Shown here one piece after another: positions 55,901 through 64,000 of a stretch of DNA of 64,000 nt. The notes beneath the pieces are model-generated. The model searched no databases, was not told where the DNA came from, and worked only from the letters and a program-made list of their open reading frames with translations. This DNA is from Mantamonas sphyraenae STR306 (lineage: Eukaryota; Protista; CRuMs). Where the stretch lies: the NCBI GenBank assembly GCA_026936335.1, contig JAPMXV010000002.1, forward strand, positions 124,001 to 188,000, given 5' to 3'. The position numbers and the translations under genes are program-made. Within the stretch, counting starts at the first letter, position 1, and the number at the start of each line of letters is the position of its first letter.

Positions 55901-57139
55901 CTCCACTCTTTACTCCACAGTGAGCTTTACCGCGTCCGACCCACCTGTATCATCGACATCATTGATCTGACCGACCTTGCCATCCGTGTCCTCATCCAAG
56001 AGTCCCTCACAAAGCGCTTGCCCATGCTCTCCGACGCCCTCGTGAAACTCAACGCCTTCCGCTGCAATTCAACGCTCGATCCTCATGCCCTGGCCATCAC
56101 CATGGTGAAAGAAGCCACAAACACCGTCGACGAGAAGAGGATCCAAGTCGATGCAACCCTGCTTCAGCTCGCGCCGGCGGAGTACGTCTACGCCGTCTGG
56201 TCTGACATGCGCTCCATCCTCAATGAGTGGGGCGACAGCTACACTGCTGCGCTTGCCCTGTTCCACAGCCAGCAGTTTGACCAGGCTCTGGAGCTCTCCT
56301 CCAGCACCATCCGCGAGATCCAAGCTTACGTCGAGGACCCAATGGCCACAAAGCACCATGGCAACGAGGACTACTACGAGATCTTTTGGCCCACCGTCAC
56401 ACAGAACATCCTCCCCGTGTTCATTCAACTGGTTTGCCGGTGTCTGCGATCTCTCCAGCGCTACGAAGACGTCTTCGATCGCTTAACAGCCTTCCGCCAC
56501 TATGCTCAAGAGCAAGAGTTGCCACTCATCGGCGACGTCGCCTTGTACGAGCTCGCCGTCACCTATCGTTCGGTATGGCGGCTGGACGAAGCAGAAAGCA
56601 GCTTCCAGGATCTCATCGTCCGCTTGGGGAAGCCTGACGACGACGAGTACGCCAAGCTGTGCCTCGAAGTCCTCTCTTTGTCTGTCATCGATCTCAAGCT
56701 CAAGATCAACGAAATCGGAACAGAACGAAGACGCGTGGCGGACCGAGATCGAAACCCACGCATGGCTGCCAAGTTTCTCTCCCGCATGCGCCTCCTGGAT
56801 TGGAGGCCCGACACGCACTATCGCTGGCCAAAGCCCGTGCGAGACGTCATTTTCACAGTTCTTGCCATGCACAGCCGCGACGAAATCGTCCACGACCAGC
56901 CCTTCCAATGGCAATTGCTTCCCGAGGAGATCCTCCACCGCATCTTTGCATGGACTGGCATCTATCTCTACGACTGGCAACCCGACCACATCTCCCTCCG
57001 CGTGGACACAGATTCCAGCAACGATCGTGGTGACGAGACGGCGCACGTGTCCCCCGTTGTTGACAAGGCTTCAAGAACGGAACTCAGCGGTCGGCGCATG
57101 GTGCGACGAAGACGCAAGAAAGACAGAGCGAGAGGATGA
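52942..57139 (+). CDS. Large alpha-helical/TPR-like protein with a C-terminal F-box-like motif; frame break near 55731
   Basis: Two overlapping long ORFs (52861-55776 and 55598-57139) with matching codon style. TPR-like ALYELAVTYRSVWRLDEAESSF; tail WRPDTHYRWP...WQLLPEEILHRIF. It could alternatively be two genes. Confidence 0.62.
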
Positions 57140-57179
57140 TTCGATCGCAGGAGGACTCCATTCACATGCTCACCACCGC

Positions 57180-60100
57180 TCACTCCAGCTCCAGCTCGTC
57201 CAGCAGCGCCTTCTTCTTGTTTCTCCGCTCCTTCCTGCGAGCTCGCTTTTCGTCCTTGATGCGATCCAGCTCGGCCTGCTTCTTGGCCTCCTGCTCGCGC
57301 TGTTCCTCCTCCCGTTGCTCTTCGATCACGCTGTCAAATGTACTTTCCTCGTCCACATGTTCGTCCACCTGTGCACGCAACCAGCCTCCCACCACCGTGT
57401 CAAACATGCTTGTCTCGATGTCGCCGCTGTTTGCATCCATCACAACCTTGGTCAGCAAACCGTAGTCTGCCTCCTCCAGGTATGCGTCTTCGTCGTCGTC
57501 CATGTACTTCTCCACCACGTCCATCGCCAGATCCACCTGTTCCTCCGAGCCCTCGGGCTCGTTGCGGAATTGCTTCACTTCTTGCAACACGTCGTACTCC
57601 CGCATCATGCCCTGGTCCAGGAGAGCACATTCCACCAGCTCTTGCACCTCCTTGTCCGTAAACACAAGCTCCGCATCCTTCCACTTGTGCAGCATCCACG
57701 CCTTGCCGCTGTCAAAGTCTTCTCGTGTGCGCGACTCCAACTCCACGTCCTTGCCCATCCTCTCCATCAGCACCTTCATGTTCACCGTTCCCGCGCGTGC
57801 TCGCAGACGCATCGCGGTTTCCATGTCTGTCTCCTCTGCTCCTGAGTGGTCGTCCGTGCTCGTCGATCGCGGCGTGCTCAAGCTCGATTCCAACCCAACC
57901 ACCTCGGCCTTGGGAGGCGTGCGCTTCACACCTCCGCCCGCACCGCCTGCCGCACCGCCTGCAAACGCGAGTCCGGACGCCACGTCCATGGCCTCGTCCT
58001 GGCCGTCCTTCAGCTGCACCTTGCGTGTGCCGCTGCCGCCGTAGATGGCCAGCAGCGTGCGCTTCATGTCACCCATGTGCTTGTTGCGTTGCGCAATCAG
58101 CAGCACCTGACGCACAATGTACACGATAAACACGGACACCACCACGGCGTTCAAAATGATCAGCAGCACACTCAGAGACGTCGACGTAAAGTCGTCGATC
58201 TCCCGGCTGTAGAACAGAATCCCCGTGAGCAGCGTTACGCATGTCGTCGCGAGCGACAAACTCTCCAGATTGGTGCTGCTCGGGTTGGCAAACGGACGTG
58301 CGTACACGTGCAGCACAAACGCTCCCAGCACCATCCACAAGCCACTGTAAAGCTGCGTCAGCGGTCGTTCGCTGAAAAACGTCAGCAATGCAACCACTGC
58401 CAGCTTGCGCACCATAATCACAAGTTCCCAGAAGAAGCGCTTGCGTTGGTAGCCGTCGTACAGGAAGCGGTAGCGCGCAACCACCGTCAGGTCGTCCAGG
58501 CGGTTGCGGTTGCGGTACAGAATCGAAAAGCCCGCCACCAGCACGCCACAGCAGTACACAATCAGCATGAAGTAGCCAAAGGTGTTGACATAGTACAGAT
58601 GCTCCGACGTGTAGCACTCCACCGTCATGTCCTCCTGTAGGTATGTGCCTCCGCCGCTGAATGACTTGCAGTTGAACAACTGGAACATCACCTTGGACAC
58701 AATCGGATGTGCAAGAAAAAGAGTCACCAACAGCGTCAGGATGTACAGGTTCGTCATCTTCAGACGCCACTGAGCCTCGTGCGAGCGTTCGCCGCGGTCT
58801 CGGTTCATGTCTTCGATCGACCACTGCACGCGCACGTGCTCCGCAGGCGTCAGCATGTCCAGCGTGAAGCCACCCATGTTGCCTGCACGTCGCTGCAGAC
58901 GCAGCTTCTCCTTGGCCTCCCTCTTCTCCTGCCTGTTCATCTTCTTCAGGGCTTCCCTCTGCTCGCGCATCTTCTTTGCCAGAATGTCTTTCAGCAGCTT
59001 GCTGAGCACCACCTCCCGTTCCGCCTCGATTTGTTTCTCTGTGCGCGCCGCAATGTACACGCCAAACACAGGGAGCAGCAAACCGGCCACAATGTACGTG
59101 AGCAGGTACAGCACAAACGGCACCGAGATCAGAAGCGCCGGCAGAATCATGTACGCGTTGTAGCGGTCGAAAAAGTTGAGCCCCATTGCACAGTCCACCG
59201 GGTGGAGGTTCAGCGAGAACAACGAGAGCGATGCAACCGAAAAGTAGTTGGTTGTGCTCGACTCCCACTGTAGACGGAACTCGCCGATGAACGCAATCAC
59301 TTGCAGATAGTTCAGCAAGATCTTGATGACAATCGACGTCTCACTCTTTTCACCCGTAGCGGTGCGCACAAGGAAGACCAGCATAAAGACAAGGCCGCCT
59401 GCAATCACGCCCACCAGCGTCCAGTTCTCCTGTTCATCGCCGCAGATCAGACACTGCGTGCCAAACTTGCCGTATCCGGGTGCACACACGCTGCACAGCG
59501 GACCCGTGTAGCCAATGCTGCACGTGGAGTTGGGTCCTCCCAGGCATGCCTCTTCACGCGGGCACGGATACATCGTCGACTCGCGGTTGTTGAAGCGGAA
59601 GAACCCGGGCAGCGGACGGATTTCCGAGCCTTGGTTGCACAATCCTCCCTCTGTGCAGCGGCGACACGTCTTGTTCTCGCGATCATTGAAGAAACCCTCC
59701 AGGCACACGCATGCGTCGGCGCTTGTCGACGCCTCCAGATTCACAGTGTCCATAAAGGCAGGGCACTTTTCACACTCCACCTGGCCCTCCTTGTTTTGGT
59801 ACGCGCCGTTTGGACAGGGTGTGCATGGCAAATCGGGCGTGGCCGAAAAGTACCCGGCCTGACACAGGCATACGTAGCCACCGGGGCCGGGCGACTTGAA
59901 CTCGGGACACGATTCCATGGTGATGCCTCCAGGCAGCGACACACGCTGTTGTGGAAGGCCAGTCATACCCAAGCCCGTCAGTTCGACCAGCAGGCTGTAT
60001 GTCTTGCCGTACTCGCCCTCCACACGCATGCTGGTGTAGTTGCTGAGGCCGTTCTCCACACGCTCGATGGAGTCGCTAAGGACACGCACAGCCGGCGAGG

Positions 60101-63100
60101 TGGTGATTGTCGTAAAGATGGAACCGTGGCGCGTTGCCCGGTTGCCCATGTCATCGACCACCTCGAGGACAAACTGTGTGGCCAGCGGCACCGTACGTTG
60201 CGAGATGCTCGATGCGTTGCGCAGCACGCGTACTGTGTATGGCGGCCCACTGATGAGACGCACGCGCATGCACACGCCCACCACGTCGAGCGAACACATG
60301 CACAACGCATAGTCGCCGGTGACCGCGGGCAAACGCACGCCCTGGAAGTTGCCCACGCCGTCTGCGAACCACGACATCCATGTGCTGCTATCCGCCAGCT
60401 CCGTACCATTGGCAAAGATCTGTGACGTGCAGCCACGGTTTGTGTTCACAGGCACGGGTGCACCTGCGCTCGGCAGCCGCGTCAACGAGCTCAGCAGCAT
60501 CACACGCGGATCCTTGTTCAACACCTGGTTGCCTCCGCTGTCCACCGTGTACACTTGGATGTCCGGAACCTGCGCGTAGCCCAGCATGTTGCCTGTGTAC
60601 ACTGCCTCCAGCGTGGTGTTGGGCGTCACCAACCGGTTGGGATCACCCGGGATGATGCGCACTGGCAGCGTGGCCGTCTGCAGCGCATTGGTGCGGAACT
60701 CGATGATGTGCACGCCAGCACGTGGAAACACCACGCGAATGTCCGGTACCGTCGCCGCACCTTGCGATGACACGACCACGGTCGCCGTCAGCTCCGCCGT
60801 GCTCACACTCTGCTCCTGCGCATTCAACCCGCCAGGCGACACGCCCATGCGAGTCACAATCTGACGCGGAATCGTGTCGCGGAAGCTGACAAAGTTGTCG
60901 CCAGCGTCGTTCACGTGCACCGTCACGGGTTCAATCACCACCGACAGCGAGCATGACTTGATCAGCGCGTACGTCGGCGACGCTACCACAAGCTTCGACG
61001 GCGCACCCACGAGCACCTCCAGCTGCACACTTGTGCTCAGCAAGCCCGATGCACTCAGAGACAGCGTGTACACCGCCGCCTTTGGACCGCTCATGATCAG
61101 GGCGTCGTATACACTGGTGCCATTGACAAGATTGGCTGCCTGGCCGTTCAGTCCACTGCCCGTGCTAGGAGATACCTGCAGCTGCAACGCACGCGTCGCA
61201 ACGTCGGTTTCCCCAACCGCGTTATCGCCTGCGTCGTACCCAGTCACCAGGATGGACGGCACCGACGTCGAAGCAAGGCTGCTCACCTTGGTGGTGGCAA
61301 TCGTGGCACCCAGCTTGTACACAGGCCCACGCACCACCGTCACGTTGATGTGTGCCGTGACCAAGCCTGCCGACGCCACCTGAAGCACATACGTGCCCAC
61401 GCGTGGCGTCTTGAGCTGTACAGCGTCCAAGTGCACCACGCCGTGTTGTCAAAGGCGTACGACAACGAGCCAACGGCCATGCCGGGGTGCTGGAGAACCG
61501 ACACGGTGGCATTGGCTGTGACCTGTGTCGTGTTGCCCATGCCAGCGTCCAACGCCTGCAGACGCATTGTGGGCACGTCTGTGGTCAGCCGCGAAGGCAG
61601 CGTCGACGCCACGCTCTGCAGCACGCGCATCGACACCGCGGGACCCGGGGTCACGGTAACAGACACACTGACACCCAACACACCGACACGGGTCACCTGC
61701 ACCACGTGCACACCCTGCGTGGGTGCCAACAAGCGCACAGCACTCAGAGTTGCCACACCGCTGCTCATCACCAGGTCATTGACATTGGTGGACAGGGTTG
61801 CCGTTGCACAGGATACAGACAGGGTCGCCTGGCCATCGGTTCCGGCTACAAAGTTGTCGCCAATGTCGTTGGCTCGCAAGCCGATGGCGTTGAGAAGCAC
61901 CGAGCTCGTGGACGGGTGTGTCTGCGAGCCAGCGGACGTGAGGAGCATACGGTACGGCACGCCAATTGTGATGCGCACCGTGGTGAGCACACTCGCCAAT
62001 CCGTCCACAGCAAAGCCCAGATCGTACAGCCCTGCGGTGGGGCGAGCCACGCTGAGGTTGCCAAAGACAGCAGTGCCGTTGCGCATGCTGGTCACAAGGT
62101 CGCCTGTGAGCAGTGTGTTGTTCACCACACGCACCGTGCGCACCGTCGTATCGGAGGCACCCACAAAGGTGGCACCTGCGTCCAAAGCGTGCACGCGGAT
62201 GGTGGCCAGCCGCACCTCGGCTGCACTGCGTTCCTCCTGTGCCGCCCCCGAGGCAATCACCAGCTGTGTAGGCGCACCCACGGTCATGCTCACGTTGATG
62301 CGCACACTCTCCAGCCCATCTGCACGGAACTCCACCGTGTACAGTCCCACCGGTGCTGCTTCCATCGCAAGGCCATCCATGTCCACCAGACCGTTCGTCA
62401 TGTTCTTTTCCAACGTACCACGCAGCACCGTCGTCACGTTGGCTGTGACCCCAGCACCTCCACCGCCTCCGCCTCCGCCGCCATCACCGCCGCCGCCACC
62501 AGGCAAGATTCCGCCTCCGTCCCCACCTGGCAACCCTCCATTATTGTCGTTGGTTCCGCCGCCTCCCGACGGCGTCGACGACGCGTTGGACGCCTCCACA
62601 ATCTGGACGGCGGTGATGAGGCGTACAGCAGCATCGGCTTCACCGAGCTGGTTGCCTCCGGGATCCAGGGCCACGAGGCGCACGGGGTCGAGCAAACGCA
62701 GCGCCGACGCGTTGTACGTAACCGTGACCGGCGTGAGCACAGTGAGTTGTGACGCACTGCCCACACGCACCGCAAAGTGAGTGTGGTCACCCAACAGGCC
62801 GGCCGCGGCAAAGGCCAAACGGTATGTGTCTGCACGCGGTCGTTGCAGCGCCAGTTGGTGCAGAACAGCGATTCCCGAAACCATGGACACGGTTTGCGTG
62901 CCCGTGAGCACCGAGGCAGTGCCGTTGACCGACACCGACACCTGCAGACCCACGCTGCTGCGTGTAGTGAGAGTGCCGCCTGCATCCTTGGCCAGCACCG
63001 TGACGTCGTTCAACGGCGTGCTGACATTCGACGGGTGTGGTCCACCCACGTAGGGCACCACACTGAGACTGTGAGCAGGCCCCACGGCCACGGTGGCTCC

Positions 63101-64000
63101 CAGGCTTGTGTTGCTCATGCCAGCCGTGCCAAACTCCAACACGTAGCTGCCGTTGCGTGCGGCGACAAAGGCCAGCGCCTCCCAACGCACCACGCCGAAA
63201 CGCATGGTTGCTTGACGCGTGCTGTTGCCCAACACGTCTTCCGGTGTGCAACGCACCTCCACCGTGCGGTTGGCGCTGTCAGTGTTGCCCACCAGCAATC
63301 CGCCGCTATCGTACGCCACCACTTCAATCAAGGGCAACGCATCGTACACCACCGAATCGCGCTGCAGCGTCGCCGTCGGCGTGCGCACCTCCAGTCGCAC
63401 CGGCGGCCCAATGCGAATGGCCACAGTCACGTTGGTCGCTGCCAATCCCGCGCTGGTCACATCCAACACGTACTCGCCTGCTCTCGGCGCCGCCAGGGTG
63501 ATGTGAAACTGGGCACGTGCTGCCCCTGCAGCCTTGGTCACCTCTGTTGCGCCACCCAGCAGCGGCGTATGTGTGGCGTTGCGCATGGCAATCGTCACAT
63601 TGCGTTGCAACGCAAGAGCCCCACCACCAGATTGGCCGCCGCGTCGCGCGACTGGATCTCCACCACAGGCACCTGCACGGATGCCACCGAGGGAAGAGGC
63701 CCCACATACGGCGTTACCGCCTGCAGCGAAACCGCAAAGCCCGGCTCCACAACAAACGCAATCGTCACCGGCACCATCGACGACGCCGTAAAGATCAGTG
63801 TGTACGTACCGTTGGCCGGCGAGGACACGTGCAGGCCGCTGATGCGAGCACGTCCTGCATCTAGTGTCACTGTGGTGGTGCCTTGCAGACTGAGCGAGGC
63901 GTTCAGGCTGGCTGCAGTCACTGCTTGGCCCGTCGCGCCGGGAACAAAGTTGCCGCTGACGTCGTAGGCAGCCACGTCCACGTCAGCAAGGGTCACTGAC
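57180..64000 (-). CDS. Giant cell-surface protein, 5'-partial: tandem Ig/invasin-like beta repeats, Cys-rich (ephrin-receptor-like) repeats, multi-TM domain, RGS-like cytosolic tail; frame breaks near 61443 and 63632
   Basis: ~100-aa repeats with D-x-G-x-N-x-VG, G-x-Y-x-L-x-F and V-x2-G-x-P; CPNGAYQNKEGQVECEKCP; CSIGYTGPLCSVC; IKILLNYLQV; YRFLYDGYQRKRFFWELVIMVRK; ARPF. The frame is open to the window edge. Confidence 0.85.

Noticed and set aside
1-64000. Prokaryotic, viral or transposon origin; tRNA/rRNA genes
   Set aside because: Spliceosomal introns and core eukaryotic genes occur throughout; no transposase, integrase, RT, capsid, tRNA or rRNA signature was recognised.

Overview
Eukaryotic nuclear DNA from a very compact, GC-rich (roughly 60% by eye), intron-poor protist genome. 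It has short GT-AG introns with CTGAC-type branch points and CA/GT microsatellites, and intergenic gaps often under 100 nt. About 18 genes are supportable: an unknown partial gene, mitoribosomal mS34, a PRP6-like HAT protein, a Pro-rich coiled-coil protein, mitochondrial intermediate peptidase, a hypothetical protein, an LRR/Cys-rich/multi-TM receptor-like protein, Nup85, cytoplasmic dynein-1 heavy chain, SYF1/XAB2, a LARP4-like protein, a ~3100-aa secreted hyper-basic repeat protein, STK19, DASH/Dam1 subunit Duo1, the p1 subunit of the MTA1c/AMT1 6mA DNA methyltransferase, 25-aa eL41 (absent from the ORF track), a helical-repeat protein with an F-box-like tail, and a partial giant Ig-like/Cys-rich/multi-TM receptor with an RGS-like tail. 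Most interesting: (1) the giant secreted polycationic precursor (signal peptide, acidic propiece, R7 site, Arg/Ala tract, ~18 novel Cys-pair repeats, (GRK)15, coiled coil, antistasin-like motif); (2) two bacterial-style ATGA stop/start overlaps between tandem nuclear genes; (3) the head-to-head Duo1/p1 pair with E2F-like motifs in the promoter and introns. Six frame breaks inside otherwise intact genes are most likely consensus indels. All family assignments come from recognising motifs by eye; no database searches were run. The taxon is not determined, but the gene set fits a deep-branching heterotrophic flagellate.
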